From the NCBI GenBank assembly GCA_036268895.1, contig DATATH010000069.1, positions 1 to 42,355 of the forward strand: a DNA stretch of 42,355 nt. The letters run 5' to 3'. Each line of letters begins with the position of its first letter. The stretch's first letter is position 1. Below the pieces are notes generated by a model. That model was not told where the DNA came from, did not search any database, and saw only the letters and a program-made list of their open reading frames with translations. Of this stretch, positions 10,436 to 20,948 are shown piece after piece. The translations under genes and the position numbers were made by a program. This DNA is from Sphingomicrobium sp. (GTDB lineage: Bacteria > Pseudomonadota > Alphaproteobacteria > Sphingomonadales > Sphingomonadaceae).

Positions 10436-10833
10436 TGATGGACGGCAAGTCGCTCTACGATTTCCCGATCCATCTCGGCCTTGGCGCCAAGGCCATTTCG
10501 GAGCCGCAATTCAGCGGCTTCGAATGGTACGAGCATTATGGCGAGCGCCATGCCGACGATCTCGATGAAGGTCGCCTCGTCAGCCTTTTCCGCTTCGAAC
10601 AGAGCTGGAACAGCTGGGAAGTTCACCCCGCGGGCGACGAGGTCGTCTGCTGTCTTCAGGGACATATGACGCTCCACCAGGAGCGGCCCGACGGCTCGAG
10701 GGAGAGCCATGAGCTGGGTCCTGGCGACTATGCGATCAATCCGCGCGGCACCTGGCACACCGCGGACGCGGAGGAGCCGGTGGTGGCTTTGTTCATCACG
10801 GCCGGAAAGGGAACGACAAACCGTCCTCGCTGA
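10435..10833 (+). CDS. Cupin domain protein
   Basis: WEVHPAGDEVV and NPRGTWHT cupin motifs; the ATG overlaps the upstream TAA. Confidence 0.8.
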   Translation: MMDGKSLYDFPIHLGLGAKAISEPQFSGFEWYEHYGERHADDLDEGRLVSLFRFEQSWNSWEVHPAGDEVVCCLQGHMTLHQERPDGSRESHELGPGDYAINPRGTWHTADAEEPVVALFITAGKGTTNRPR

Positions 10834-10865
10834 GAATCGCGACAGAAAATCTTAAATTCCCGTCA

Positions 10866-10895
10866 CAATGAATTAATTGCGAGTTTAATTCATTG
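10866..10895. promoter_or_regulatory. AT-rich inverted repeat, candidate operator
   Basis: CAATGAATTAA-N8-TTAATTCATTG, perfect 11-bp arms in an intergenic region. Confidence 0.45.
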
Positions 10896-10924
10896 ACGAT
10901 AAAGAGAAAACACGGAGATGATTC

Positions 10925-11053
10925 GTGATTATCGGACTTCAACTCGTGCTCGCCATTGTCCTGCTCGGCGCCGTCATTTGGGTCGGCGACGCCGTTGCGG
11001 GTGGAATTGAAAGCGCGCTCGGCGAAAAACCGATGAGGGACCGCGACGCATAG
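10925..11053 (+). CDS. Small single-TM protein, 42 aa (not in the ORF track)
   Basis: GGAG at 10914-10917, then GTG; reads MIIGLQLVLAIVLLGAVIWVGDAVAGGIESALGEKPMRDRDA*. Confidence 0.55.
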   Translation: MIIGLQLVLAIVLLGAVIWVGDAVAGGIESALGEKPMRDRDA

Positions 11054-11066
11054 CTCCCGTGCGCGA

Positions 11067-11192
11067 TCAGCCTTCGTTCTCGTCTTTCTTCTCTCCGGTA
11101 CCGATCTTTCGCAACTGCGCTTTACGCCGCTTTAGGTTCTCGCGAAGCGCTGCCGCGAGGCGCTCGTCCCGATCCTTGTCTTTGCCAGTCAT
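11067..11192 (-). CDS. Small basic protein, 41 aa
   Basis: MTGKDKDRDERLAAALRENLKRRKAQ...; resembles small alphaproteobacterial proteins with an RLAAALRENL(K/R)RRKAQ motif (recalled, not searched). Confidence 0.65.
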   Translation of the reverse strand: MTGKDKDRDERLAAALRENLKRRKAQLRKIGTGEKKDENEG

Positions 11193-11282
11193 ATGAGCCA
11201 CATGGCGGGCGCGCTGCGGGCCCGCAAGCGGGTTGACGCGCGTGGGGGCCGCCTTCATAGGCGCGCCTCTCTCGGACAAAGT

Positions 11283-11357
<75 letters not shown>

Positions 11358-11408
11358 TTTGTTTTCGGTGGCTTGGCGGCTGTTTTGGCGGACTGCTACT
11401 TCGACCTT

Positions 11409-11648
11409 TTATGCCGCCGACGCTTTCTCGAATTCCCGCTCCGCTTCAATGAGACTGTCGCCGTTCCACAGCCCCAGATTGTCCTTCCTCACTGCGTAGC
11501 CGACGCCCATTAGCGGGTTGGTCGTTTCAACGAGGACGAGCCGGCCGCGCCGTTTCAGGATTCGCTGTGTGCCTGGTGCCACTTGATTAGCTCCGATGGT
11601 GCCGATGGCCCCCGAGGACCTTATCGAACCGGTGGATGGAAAGCGCAA
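11409..11648 (-). CDS. Hypothetical protein
   Basis: 79-aa ORF filling the gap downstream of tRNA-Thr; no recognisable motif. Confidence 0.35.
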   Translation of the reverse strand: MRFPSTGSIRSSGAIGTIGANQVAPGTQRILKRRGRLVLVETTNPLMGVGYAVRKDNLGLWNGDSLIEAEREFEKASAA

Positions 11649-11735
11649 TTGTCGGCTACCCGCTGAAGGACCACGCTGACGCGCCTAGCCAACAGAGGGC
11701 TGGCAAGCTTGGAAATCGCACGTTAGCGCATTTCG

Positions 11736-12737
11736 ATGCGCTATTTCTCAGACAATGCCGCACCGGCGCACCCCAAGGTCCTCGAGGCGATCGCGGCCGC
11801 AAACCAGCTCGACACGGCCTACGATGGTGATGAATGGAGCCGGCGCCTCGACGGTGCCTTCTCCGACCTGTTCGAAACCAACGTCAAAGCCTTCTGGGTG
11901 ACCAGCGGGACTGCGGCCAATTGCCTCGCACTCGCCGCGCTTTGTCCGCCCTATCGCGCAATTCTCTGCCACAGGGACGCGCACATCGAAGTCGATGAGG
12001 CTGGCGCACCGGGCTTTTTCACCGGCGGCGCGAAATTGGTGCTTCTCGACGGCGAGGGCGCAAAGGTGACGACAGGGGCGATCGCGGACGCTTGCAGCGC
12101 AATCCGCAACGATGTCCACCAGGTCCAGCCGGCCGCGATTTCGATCACCAATGCGACCGAATATGGCCTAGTCTATCGCGCCTCGGAGGTCGCTCCGATC
12201 GGCGAGATGGCAAAGGAGCTAGGCCTTGCTCTGCACATGGATGGGGCGCGCCTTGCAAATGCCGTCGTTTCAGCCGGCGAGAGCTTGGCCGATCTCACCT
12301 GGCGAAGCGGGGTCGACGCCCTGTCGTTCGGCTTCGTCAAGAATGGCGGCCTCAACGCCGAGGCGCTTATCCTGTTCAGAACCGAGCTTGCGGATGAAAT
12401 CGCAGTTCGCCGGAAACGCGCCGGGCATCTTCTGTCGAAGGGCCGAGTTCTTGCCGCGCAGCTGCTCGCGATGATCGATGGGGACCTGTGGCTCGAAAAT
12501 GCGAGGGCCTCGAACGCTGCGGCCCAGGCGCTTGCTAAATCAGCTTCGGATCGGCTCGTCTATCCCGTCGAGGCCAATGAGGTCTTCCTCAAGGTGACGA
12601 TGGATGAGGCTGCGAGGCTTCGCTCGATGGGATTCGATTTCTACGATTGGGGTCCGGGCGAGATCAGACTGGTGACGAGCTGGGATCAAGAGAGCGCAGC
12701 AATCGGGAGCCTCGCCGCGGCCATCGCAGGCCTCTGA
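11736..12737 (+). CDS. ltaE: Low-specificity L-threonine aldolase (PLP)
   Basis: FSDN, GTAANCLAL, HMDGARLANA and SFGFVKNG (PLP lysine). Confidence 0.88.
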   Translation: MRYFSDNAAPAHPKVLEAIAAANQLDTAYDGDEWSRRLDGAFSDLFETNVKAFWVTSGTAANCLALAALCPPYRAILCHRDAHIEVDEAGAPGFFTGGAKLVLLDGEGAKVTTGAIADACSAIRNDVHQVQPAAISITNATEYGLVYRASEVAPIGEMAKELGLALHMDGARLANAVVSAGESLADLTWRSGVDALSFGFVKNGGLNAEALILFRTELADEIAVRRKRAGHLLSKGRVLAAQLLAMIDGDLWLENARASNAAAQALAKSASDRLVYPVEANEVFLKVTMDEAARLRSMGFDFYDWGPGEIRLVTSWDQESAAIGSLAAAIAGL

Positions 12738-12815
12738 GCCATGAGCATAAACTCAACTTATCGTACCCGCCGCGCGATTCATTGGCGAACCCTGCGCCGG
12801 CCAGCTTAGTCTCGG

Positions 12816-13784
12816 GTGGTGAAACCGCGCCCCAATCTTGGAGATGGCGAACTGCACGCCGCACCTCGCCGGCACGCGTCAAGCGGCGTCGTTCTTCCGT
12901 TCGTGATCTTCACTGCGATCTGGGGCTCGACCTGGATCGTCATCCGCGGACAACTCGGAAGCGTCCCTCCCGAATGGTCGGTCGCTTACCGGTTCCTGAT
13001 CGCGGCGGTTGCCATGGCTGCGCTTGCCAGGTGGAAGGGCGAAGGACTCCGCCTCGGAAGGAAGGCACTCCCGGCCGCGATCTTCCTTGGTTTTGCCCAA
13101 TTCTGCGTCAATTTCGATGCGGTCTACCTTGCCGAGCGCCACATTACCTCGGGCGTCGTTGCCACCGTCTTTGCACTCCTCCTGATCCCCAGCACATTGC
13201 TCGCCTGGGCGTTCCTCGGTCAGCGGCCGACCACGAGATTCGTATGGAGTTCATTGATCGCCGTTTCGGGTATCGCGCTTCTTTTCGTCCACGAGCTTCA
13301 GGAGCACGCATCGAGTGTCCGCCAGGTGGCCTCCGGCATTGGTCTGACCTTCTTTGGAATGCTTGGAGCCTCGAGCGCCAACGTAGCGCAGGCGCGGCCC
13401 GAATTCCGACGCTTTCCCTTGTTCGCGCTGCTCGCCTGGTCGATGGCCGCAGGCGCCGCGATCGACGGGGTCATCGCATTCGTCACGACGGGACCGCCGG
13501 TGCTCGATCCACGGCCCGTTTATTGGGCGGGACTCTTCTATCTCGCGCTCGCCGCCTCGGTCCTGACCTTCAGCCTCTACTATCCCGTCATCCGAAAGAT
13601 CGGCCCCGCCAAGACCGCCTATTCGAGCGTTATCGTTCCGATCATTGCGATGGGCTTTTCGACCTGGCTTGAACATTATCGCTGGACTCCGCTCGCGATC
13701 GCCGGCGCGCTTCTCGCTCTGGGCGGCATGGCAGGTGCGCTCAGCCGCAACCGAACACAGGTGTCGGCTCCAGACGCGGCTTGA
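12816..13784 (+). CDS. DMT/EamA family transporter
   Basis: IWGSTW motif and about 10 hydrophobic segments; start uncertain. Confidence 0.85.
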   Translation: MVKPRPNLGDGELHAAPRRHASSGVVLPFVIFTAIWGSTWIVIRGQLGSVPPEWSVAYRFLIAAVAMAALARWKGEGLRLGRKALPAAIFLGFAQFCVNFDAVYLAERHITSGVVATVFALLLIPSTLLAWAFLGQRPTTRFVWSSLIAVSGIALLFVHELQEHASSVRQVASGIGLTFFGMLGASSANVAQARPEFRRFPLFALLAWSMAAGAAIDGVIAFVTTGPPVLDPRPVYWAGLFYLALAASVLTFSLYYPVIRKIGPAKTAYSSVIVPIIAMGFSTWLEHYRWTPLAIAGALLALGGMAGALSRNRTQVSAPDAA

Positions 13785-13800
13785 AGCGTTTGAGGGCATC

Positions 13801-14031
13801 ATGCCCTCGAACGTCATTCGGCGATTTGCATATTGTCCCGACAGTGGCGAGCTGTGGATCGAGTTCACGACCGGCCGCCGATATGTCTATTCCGACGTCC
13901 CGCCCGAGGTCGCCAACACCTTCCGCTCGGCCTTCGCCAAGGGCATCTATTTCAATAGCCGGATCCGCGACTGCTACCGGCATCGCGAGGTCGCCCACGA
14001 CCGGCAAAATCGCGAGGCAACTCATTCTTAA
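13801..14031 (+). CDS. KTSC domain protein
   Basis: MPSNVIRRFAY...LWIEFTTGRRYVYSDVP...AKGIYFNSRIRD matches the KTSC pattern. Confidence 0.82.
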   Translation: MPSNVIRRFAYCPDSGELWIEFTTGRRYVYSDVPPEVANTFRSAFAKGIYFNSRIRDCYRHREVAHDRQNREATHS

Positions 14032-14054
14032 ACCGTCGGGCTTACAATCGGCGC

Positions 14055-14267
14055 ATGATCCCGATGCGCACCAGTACGGTCTTCAAGAGCCGCTGGATGG
14101 CCCTGCTGTGGGCCGCCGGGATCATCTGGTTCGCCTATGATTTCGCCGGCTCGCAGTCGCAGGACACGAATGCGTCGGATAATACACAGCAGGCGACCGA
14201 CGGGAGCGGAACGCCGGTCACCAGCGACGACACGAAGAAGCTCGCCCAGGAACTGAACAGCTTCTAG
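14055..14267 (+). CDS. Small membrane-anchored hypothetical protein
   Basis: FKSRWMALLWAAGIIWFAY TM segment followed by a polar tail. Confidence 0.6.
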   Translation: MIPMRTSTVFKSRWMALLWAAGIIWFAYDFAGSQSQDTNASDNTQQATDGSGTPVTSDDTKKLAQELNSF

Positions 14268-14815
14268 CCGGCCCTATCCCATTCGATCCGCTCGATGTGC
14301 CAGCGCCGCTGCGCCTCGGTCGAGCCGGGCACATCGTTCACTCTCCTGAGGATTATGTTGGCCGGGCGGCGAAAGCCCGCGCCATGAAAGACGACCGGTA
14401 CGCTCGTATAGATCGAACCGGCCGCTCCTTCGGTTTCGCCGAGAGTAACGATCTCCAGGCGGACCTGAGAACGATCGAGCTGTCTTGCGAAATCAGCCGC
14501 AGCGGCGGGATCACTCCACAGGCCCGCTGCCTCGGCAAACCGCTCCTGCTCGATCAGCGCTCCGTAGCGCTGCACGACCTCTCCGGCGGCCTCGACGCTC
14601 TTGGGACCGATCGCGCCCTTGGGCTCGGAAAGGCTCGGCCGATTCTCCAGGTCGGGCGGTCCGCCAGGCGAAACGGGGCTCTTGACGGCAGGCGGCGCGC
14701 TTGGCGCGGGAAGTACGGGCGCTGTCGAATTGTTGAGTGGCTGCTGAGGCCGATGCTGAGGACCGCACGAAGCAAGCGCGATCAGCCCGAGGCCAAGGTG
14801 TGAATGGAACTTCAT
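14264..14815 (-). CDS. Putative lipoprotein
   Basis: MKFHSHLGLGLIALASC lipobox, Pro-rich linker, C-terminal LRRVNDVPGST..QRRWHI. Confidence 0.7.
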   Translation of the reverse strand: MKFHSHLGLGLIALASCGPQHRPQQPLNNSTAPVLPAPSAPPAVKSPVSPGGPPDLENRPSLSEPKGAIGPKSVEAAGEVVQRYGALIEQERFAEAAGLWSDPAAAADFARQLDRSQVRLEIVTLGETEGAAGSIYTSVPVVFHGAGFRRPANIILRRVNDVPGSTEAQRRWHIERIEWDRAG

Positions 14816-14897
14816 GGACTTGTTTCCTCGCCGGAACCCGTCCCGCGGCGGTTCGTTCGTTTCGCCAACATAACAGGGTAGAACAGGGAGAGTTTCC

Positions 14898-15113
14898 ATG
14901 GCCGACGACGACGATCGCGACGATGTGGAGCGCGAACATACGACCGTGGTCGAAACGGGAAACGGCGGTGGCGGCGGCGGAGTGCTTGCAGTCGTCATCC
15001 TCGTCATCGTCGTCCTGGTGCTGCTATACGTCTTCCGGGCCGATCTCGGCCTTGGCGGTCACGGGACCAACATCAGTGTTCCCAACAAGATCGACATCAA
15101 CGTCAATCACTAG
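14898..15113 (+). CDS. Small single-TM protein
   Basis: GGAGAG upstream of the ATG; acidic N-terminus, Gly run, strong TM helix. Confidence 0.65.
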   Translation: MADDDDRDDVEREHTTVVETGNGGGGGGVLAVVILVIVVLVLLYVFRADLGLGGHGTNISVPNKIDINVNH

Positions 15114-15153
15114 CTGACGACAGGCCGGGCGGGTAGCGAGTCCCCGCCCAGGC

Positions 15154-15193
15154 GCGGGCGCGGCGCTTTGATGCGCCGCGCCCGTTTGTTTTT
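15154..15193 (+). terminator. Intrinsic terminator
   Basis: 12-bp GC stem CGGGCGCGGCGC/GCGCCGCGCCCG followed by TTTGTTTTT. Confidence 0.7.
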
Positions 15194-15223
15194 GTAAGAC
15201 TAAGTCACTAACCGCTCAGCGGG

Positions 15224-16507
15224 ATGAGCGACGCGCTCCAATACATGGCCGGTTTTGGCAGCCATTTCGAAAGCGAGGCGGCCTCGGGCGCCCTCCCGAA
15301 GGGCCGCAACTCGCCGCAGCGCCCCGCTTACGGTCTCTACACGGAGCAGCTGTCGGGCAGCAGTTTCACCTCGCCGCGCCATGAGAATCGTCGCTCATGG
15401 CTATACAGGATGCGACCCACGGCCGACCATCGGCCGTTCGTCCGTTATGATGGTGCGCCGCTGCTTGGGGCGCCGCCTTCGAGAGAAGCGCTTGCACCCA
15501 ACCGGCTCCGCTGGGATCCGCCGCAGCTGCCCGAGGGCAAGGACTTCGTCGACGGGATCGCCACCATGCTGCATGCTCGCGAGCCCGACGAGCTCGAAGG
15601 CTGCGCCGTTCACGTCTACCGCGCGACGAAGAGCATGGCGGGGCGAGTCTTCGCCGATGCCGACGGCGAGCTTGTCATCGTTCCGCAGCAGGGGAGCATC
15701 GAGCTCCAGACCGAGCTTGGCCGGCTGGACGTCGCTCCTGGAAGCATTGCAGTCGTTCCAAGGGGAATGAAATTCCGCGTGCAGCTGCTTAGCGACGAAG
15801 CCCGGGGCTACGTCGCCGAGAATTACGGGCCCCCCTTGCGTCTCCCCGAGCTCGGGCCGATCGGCTCGAATGGCCTTGCAAATCCCCGCGACTTCGAAAC
15901 GCCAGTCGCCTGGTTCGAAGACAGCGACCAGCCGACCGAAGTTGTGCAAAAGTGCCTCGGCCATTTGTGGACTACAACGCTCGATCATTCGCCGCTGGAT
16001 GTCGTCGCCTGGCACGGCAATTACGCGCCTTACCGCTACGACCTGTCGCGCTTCAACGTCATCGGGACCATAAGCTTCGATCACCCCGATCCCTCGATAT
16101 TCACCGTGCTGACGAGCCCGAGCAACGTTCCTGGCCGCGCCAATGCCGACTTCGTGATCTTTCCGCCGCGCTGGATGGTCGCCGAAGATACCTTCCGCCC
16201 TCCCTGGTTCCATCGCAATGTGATGAGCGAAGCCATGGGCCTGATCGCCGGAGCCTATGACGCGAAGGCAGAAGGCTTCGCTCCGGGCGGTCTTTCGCTC
16301 CACAACCTGATGAGCGGGCACGGTCCCGACGTCGAAAGCTGGCGCAAGGCGAGCGAGACCGAGCTCAAGCCTTCGAAGATCGAAGGGACGATGGCCTTCA
16401 TGGTCGAGACCTGCTGGCCATATATGCCGACGGCCTATGCGCTCGAACACGCCCAGCATGATTATGACGCCGCCTGGGCCGGTTTCCCTAAGGCAAAGGT
16501 GCCATGA
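15224..16507 (+). CDS. hmgA: Homogentisate 1,2-dioxygenase
   Basis: [35 protein letters not shown] and HGPD motifs. Confidence 0.96.
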   Translation: MSDALQYMAGFGSHFESEAASGALPKGRNSPQRPAYGLYTEQLSGSSFTSPRHENRRSWLYRMRPTADHRPFVRYDGAPLLGAPPSREALAPNRLRWDPPQLPEGKDFVDGIATMLHAREPDELEGCAVHVYRATKSMAGRVFADADGELVIVPQQGSIELQTELGRLDVAPGSIAVVPRGMKFRVQLLSDEARGYVAENYGPPLRLPELGPIGSNGLANPRDFETPVAWFEDSDQPTEVVQKCLGHLWTTTLDHSPLDVVAWHGNYAPYRYDLSRFNVIGTISFDHPDPSIFTVLTSPSNVPGRANADFVIFPPRWMVAEDTFRPPWFHRNVMSEAMGLIAGAYDAKAEGFAPGGLSLHNLMSGHGPDVESWRKASETELKPSKIEGTMAFMVETCWPYMPTAYALEHAQHDYDAAWAGFPKAKVP

Positions 16508-17790
16508 GCGATTCCAACGAGACGAACGACCCGGAGCTTACTAGCTGGGTCGAGACCGCGCAGGGCAGCGACTTTCCGATCCAGAACCTCCCGCTCGGGA
16601 TTTTCTCGGTCGGTCAACGACGCCGCCATCCGGGGGTCGCCATCGGCGATTATGTGCTCGATCTCTTGGGGATCTCGGACCTTCTCGACGAGGAGTGGCG
16701 CAGCGACCTTTCGCAGCCGGTCCTCAACGGATGGCTCGCCCGCGGTCACGAGGCGCAGGACGAGCTTCGCCGAAGGCTGTTCGAGATCCTCTCGGACGAG
16801 CGCTACCGCGACGACGTCGAACCCGAACTGATCGGCCAGACCGAGGTCAGGATGCACCTTCCGTGCCTCGTCGGGGACTACACCGATTTCTACGTCGGAA
16901 TTCACCACGCAACGAACGTCGGCAAGCAGTTCCGTCCCGACAATCCGCTGCTTCCCAACTATAAATATGTGCCGATCGGCTATCACGGCCGGGCAAGCTC
17001 GGTGAGAGTTTCAGGAGAGCCGGTGTTCCGGCCGAACGGCCAGCGCAAGGCTTTTGATGGTGACGCGCCTGAATATGGGCCGAGCAATCGGCTGGACTAT
17101 GAGCTTGAGCTCGGACTGTGGATCGGAATGGGTAACGAACTTGGTTCGCCCATCCCAATCGGCGAAGCGACCCATCACATCGCGGGCTATTGCCTCCTCA
17201 ATGACTGGTCGGCGCGTGATATTCAGGCCTGGGAGTACCAGCCGCTCGGGCCGTTTCTCGCCAAGAATTTCCTGACCAGCGTCAGCCCGTGGATCGTCGG
17301 CCCTCAGGCGCTCGCTCCATTCAGAAGGCCAATGGCGCCCCGCCCTCCGGGCGACCCGTCGCCTTTGGCTTATCTCGACGATGCAGCCGACCGGGCGAGG
17401 GGCACCTTCGCGATTGAGCTCGAAGCCATTCTTACGACCGAACAGATGCGCCGCGACGGCCTTCCGGCGCACATTCTCTCGCGAGGGTCGGCGGAGGCCG
17501 CGATGTATTGGAGTCCATCGCAGATTGTCGCCCACCACACATCGAACGGCTGCAACCTCGAGCCGGGCGACCTGATCGGCACCGGAACGCTTTCGACCGA
17601 TAGCGATGGAGGTCTTGGCTCACTTCTCGAGATAAGCCGCGGCGGCAAGCAGCCTATCGAGCTCGCAACGGGCGAGACCCGAAGCTTCCTCGAAAATGGC
17701 GACGAGGTCGTCCTTCGCGCCTGGTGCGAAGGCGAAGGCACGGTGCGGATCGGTCTTGGCGAGTGCGTGGGCCGCGTCGCCGCCCCCTAG
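16504..17790 (+). CDS. fahA: Fumarylacetoacetase
   Basis: [21 protein letters not shown] and [19 protein letters not shown] motifs. Confidence 0.95.
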   Translation: MSDSNETNDPELTSWVETAQGSDFPIQNLPLGIFSVGQRRRHPGVAIGDYVLDLLGISDLLDEEWRSDLSQPVLNGWLARGHEAQDELRRRLFEILSDERYRDDVEPELIGQTEVRMHLPCLVGDYTDFYVGIHHATNVGKQFRPDNPLLPNYKYVPIGYHGRASSVRVSGEPVFRPNGQRKAFDGDAPEYGPSNRLDYELELGLWIGMGNELGSPIPIGEATHHIAGYCLLNDWSARDIQAWEYQPLGPFLAKNFLTSVSPWIVGPQALAPFRRPMAPRPPGDPSPLAYLDDAADRARGTFAIELEAILTTEQMRRDGLPAHILSRGSAEAAMYWSPSQIVAHHTSNGCNLEPGDLIGTGTLSTDSDGGLGSLLEISRGGKQPIELATGETRSFLENGDEVVLRAWCEGEGTVRIGLGECVGRVAAP

Positions 17791-18737
17791 AGAAGCCCCA
17801 GATTCTCGCCCATCAGTCTTGTCATCTGGTAGAGCCGCTCGAGCTGCGGCGTCGGAACGCCAACGCGCGCCGCAATCTCGATCGGCGCTCCCAGAAGTGC
17901 CTCCAGCTCAATCGTCCGCCCGGCTTCGACGTCCTGCAGCATCGATGACTTGAAGGCGCCAAGGCGGGCGGTCACAGCCATTCGGTCCTCCGCCGTCTCG
18001 TCGATCGGGCAGCCGATCCTTGCCCCGAGCACCGCGAGCTCGTCCATGACCTCAGTCATCAGGGCACGGATAGCATCCTGGTCGAGCAGCCTGTCGGCAG
18101 TCGAGCGGGTCAGCGCCGACATCGGGTTGAGCGTCGCATTGCCCCATAATTTGTACCAGATCGCGGCGCGGATATCGTCGCTCGCTTCGCACCGGATCCC
18201 GGCATTTTCGAACAAGGTGCAGAGCTGGTCGACGCGCTTGCTCGCCCCGCCCGCAGGCTCGCCGAGGATCAGCTTGTCCGCATGCTTGACGATGACATGG
18301 TTGGGCGCGGTCCTGAAGCAGCTCGCATGGACAACGCACCCGGCAACCTGTTCGATGGACAAGGCATCCGCGATCGCAAGCTCGGGATCCACCGACCAGA
18401 GCGGATCGTCGGTGAACCACCAGGGTACCCCGTTCAGCATCGGAACAATCTGCGTTTCGGGGCCGACAAGCGCCTGAAGGCTTTGGGCAATCTGCGGCAG
18501 CGTCGGCGCCTTGACCGCGAGCACCACCAGATCCTGTATTCCGAAGGCCGAAGGATCATCTGCCGTCGCCGCCGCAACGCAGCGCGTGTCACCCATGTCG
18601 GTGAGCAGCAGCCCCTCCGTATCGATCGCCGAGCGGGTGTCGCCGCGCGCCACCAGCGAAACATCATGTCCGGCAAGGGCGAGCCTTGCTCCGATCCAGC
18701 CGCCGATCGCGCCCGCGCCCACGATGCAAATGTTCAT
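17787..18737 (-). CDS. panE: 2-dehydropantoate 2-reductase family protein
   Basis: GAGAIGG Rossmann motif, WYKLWGN and KSSMLQD. Confidence 0.82.
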   Translation of the reverse strand: MNICIVGAGAIGGWIGARLALAGHDVSLVARGDTRSAIDTEGLLLTDMGDTRCVAAATADDPSAFGIQDLVVLAVKAPTLPQIAQSLQALVGPETQIVPMLNGVPWWFTDDPLWSVDPELAIADALSIEQVAGCVVHASCFRTAPNHVIVKHADKLILGEPAGGASKRVDQLCTLFENAGIRCEASDDIRAAIWYKLWGNATLNPMSALTRSTADRLLDQDAIRALMTEVMDELAVLGARIGCPIDETAEDRMAVTARLGAFKSSMLQDVEAGRTIELEALLGAPIEIAARVGVPTPQLERLYQMTRLMGENLGLL

Positions 18738-18784
18738 GGCGCCGCGGATGGGCTAGAAAGCGGTTCCTGGGCAAGGGGGAGTGA

Positions 18785-19486
18785 ATGCTGTTCCGTCAGC
18801 TGTTCGAGCCGCAATCGTCGGCTTACACCTATCTGATTGGATGCGAGGGCAGCCGCGAGGCCGTGCTGATCGATCCCGTCCTCGAGACCGTCGAGCGAGA
18901 CCTCAAGCTTTTGCATGAGCTCCAGCTGACCCTCAAATACACCATCGAAACTCACATCCACGCCGATCATGTGACCGGCGGCGCGCGCCTCAGGGAGTGT
19001 ACCGCGTGCAGATGTGCGGCACCCCAAAAGAGCGGTGCTTCGCATGTCGACCTGCCGGTGAGGGAAGGGGAGGCGATCCACGTTGGAAGCCTCGAACTGC
19101 AACCGCTCTATACTCCGGGCCACACCGACGACCACCACAGCTATTTCCTGGAAAGCGGCAATGGCGGCCGTGTGTTCACAGGCGATGCGCTGCTGATCGA
19201 TGGCTGCGGCCGAACCGATTTTCAGAACGGCGATGCGGCGACCCTTTATCGCTCGGTGCATGAGAAGATTTTCAGTCTCACCGGCGACACGCTCGTCTAC
19301 CCCGGTCACGACTACCAGCAGCGGCACGTCAGCAGCGTCGACCAGGAGCGCCAGCGCAACCCTCGCCTTGGTGGTGGCAAGAGCCTCGATGAATTCGTCG
19401 CAATCATGGCCGGGCTGAACCTGCCACGGCCCAAGAAGATGGACGTCGCTGTTCCTGCAAATCGGGAGTGCGGGCAGGTCCATTAG
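18785..19486 (+). CDS. MBL-fold persulfide dioxygenase (ETHE1-like)
   Basis: [27 protein letters not shown] and YPGHDY. Confidence 0.88.
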   Translation: MLFRQLFEPQSSAYTYLIGCEGSREAVLIDPVLETVERDLKLLHELQLTLKYTIETHIHADHVTGGARLRECTACRCAAPQKSGASHVDLPVREGEAIHVGSLELQPLYTPGHTDDHHSYFLESGNGGRVFTGDALLIDGCGRTDFQNGDAATLYRSVHEKIFSLTGDTLVYPGHDYQQRHVSSVDQERQRNPRLGGGKSLDEFVAIMAGLNLPRPKKMDVAVPANRECGQVH

Positions 19487-19535
19487 CGCCAAAGCCGATT
19501 TGACCCATTGGGCAGCGCGTGGCACCGGCGCTCGA

Positions 19536-20945
19536 ATGGCCGACGAACCTCGCTCGAAAGGGAAGCCTCAAAGGAGTTGGGGTGGGCGCTTCGGGACGAA
19601 GCCTGCAGAGCTCATGACCCGCATCAATGCCTCGATCGGCTTCGACAAGAAGCTGTGGCGGGAAGATGTTGCGGCTTCCAGGGCGCATGCGGCGATGCTT
19701 CGCGACCAGGGCATCGTCAGCGAGGAGGACGCCGCGGCGATCCTCGAAGGACTGGACCTGATCGCCGCCGAATTTGAGCGCGAGGGAGTGCCCGAGCAGA
19801 TTGAGCTCGAGGACATTCATACGAGCGTGGAAAATCGGCTCGGCGAGCTGATCGGCGCCGCCGCGGGACGGCTTCACACCGCACGCTCGCGCAACGACCA
19901 GGTCGCAACCGACTTCCGGCTGTGGGTTCGCAACGCATGCGACGAGGCAAATGATGCGATCCGCAACCTGCAGCGGGTTCTGGTTGGCCGTGCGGAAGAT
20001 GAGGCCGAAACAGTGATGCCCGGTTTCACTCACCTTCAGGTCGCCCAACCAGTCACTCTGGGCCATCATTTGATGGCCTATTACGAGATGCTCCGCCGCG
20101 ATTCGTCGCGCTTCGCGGATGCCCGCGCCAGAATGAATGAAAGTCCGCTGGGCGCCGCCGCGCTCGCAGGCACAAGTTTTCCCATAGACCGGCACTCTCT
20201 CGCCGACGCGCTCGGGTTCGAAAAGCCTACCTCCAACAGCCTCGACAGCGTTTCCGATCGCGACTTCGCGCTCGATTATCTCGCTTCGGCCGCCCAGTGC
20301 AGCCTCCATTTGTCGAGGCTTGCCGAGGAGCTGATCATATGGGCGAGCGCACCGTTCGGCTTCGTCCGGCTCTCCGATGAATTCTCGACCGGCTCATCGA
20401 TCATGCCGCAAAAGCGCAATCCCGACGCGGCCGAGCTGGTCCGCGGACACAGCGGCCGGATCCTTGGCGACCTCACCTCGCTCATGGTGACGATGAAGGG
20501 GCTACCCCTCGCTTATTCGAAGGACATGCAGGACGACAAGGAGCCGGTCTTCGAGGCGCACGATCTCACGATGCTTTCGCTCCACGCGCTCGCCGGCATG
20601 GTCGAAACCATCGAGTTCGTGCGCGAGCGCATGGAGGCCGCTGCAGCGCAGGGTTTCTCGACGGCGACCGATCTTGCCGACTGGCTGGTGCGCGAGGCCG
20701 ACGTGCCGTTCCGCGAGGCGCACCACATTACGGGGCGTGCGGTAAAGGTCGCCGAGGAGCGCGGGTGCGATCTTGCCGACCTGCCCCTCGAAGCGCTCCG
20801 CAAGATCGATCCGCGCATCGACCAGCGCGTGTTTGGCGTACTCAGCGTCGATGCATCGGTGCGCAGCCGAGCAAGCTACGGGGGTACGGCCCCTGCCCGA
20901 GTGCGCGAACAGATCGCCGCCGCTAAGGAAACATTGGGTCTATAG
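19536..20945 (+). CDS. argH: Argininosuccinate lyase
   Basis: [21 protein letters not shown] and [14 protein letters not shown] signature. Confidence 0.96.
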   Translation: MADEPRSKGKPQRSWGGRFGTKPAELMTRINASIGFDKKLWREDVAASRAHAAMLRDQGIVSEEDAAAILEGLDLIAAEFEREGVPEQIELEDIHTSVENRLGELIGAAAGRLHTARSRNDQVATDFRLWVRNACDEANDAIRNLQRVLVGRAEDEAETVMPGFTHLQVAQPVTLGHHLMAYYEMLRRDSSRFADARARMNESPLGAAALAGTSFPIDRHSLADALGFEKPTSNSLDSVSDRDFALDYLASAAQCSLHLSRLAEELIIWASAPFGFVRLSDEFSTGSSIMPQKRNPDAAELVRGHSGRILGDLTSLMVTMKGLPLAYSKDMQDDKEPVFEAHDLTMLSLHALAGMVETIEFVRERMEAAAAQGFSTATDLADWLVREADVPFREAHHITGRAVKVAEERGCDLADLPLEALRKIDPRIDQRVFGVLSVDASVRSRASYGGTAPARVREQIAAAKETLGL

Positions 20946-20948
20946 AAG

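Noticed and set aside
10873-10888. CtrA box
   Set aside because: Spacing is TTAA-N8-TTAA, not the TTAA-N7-TTAA consensus.
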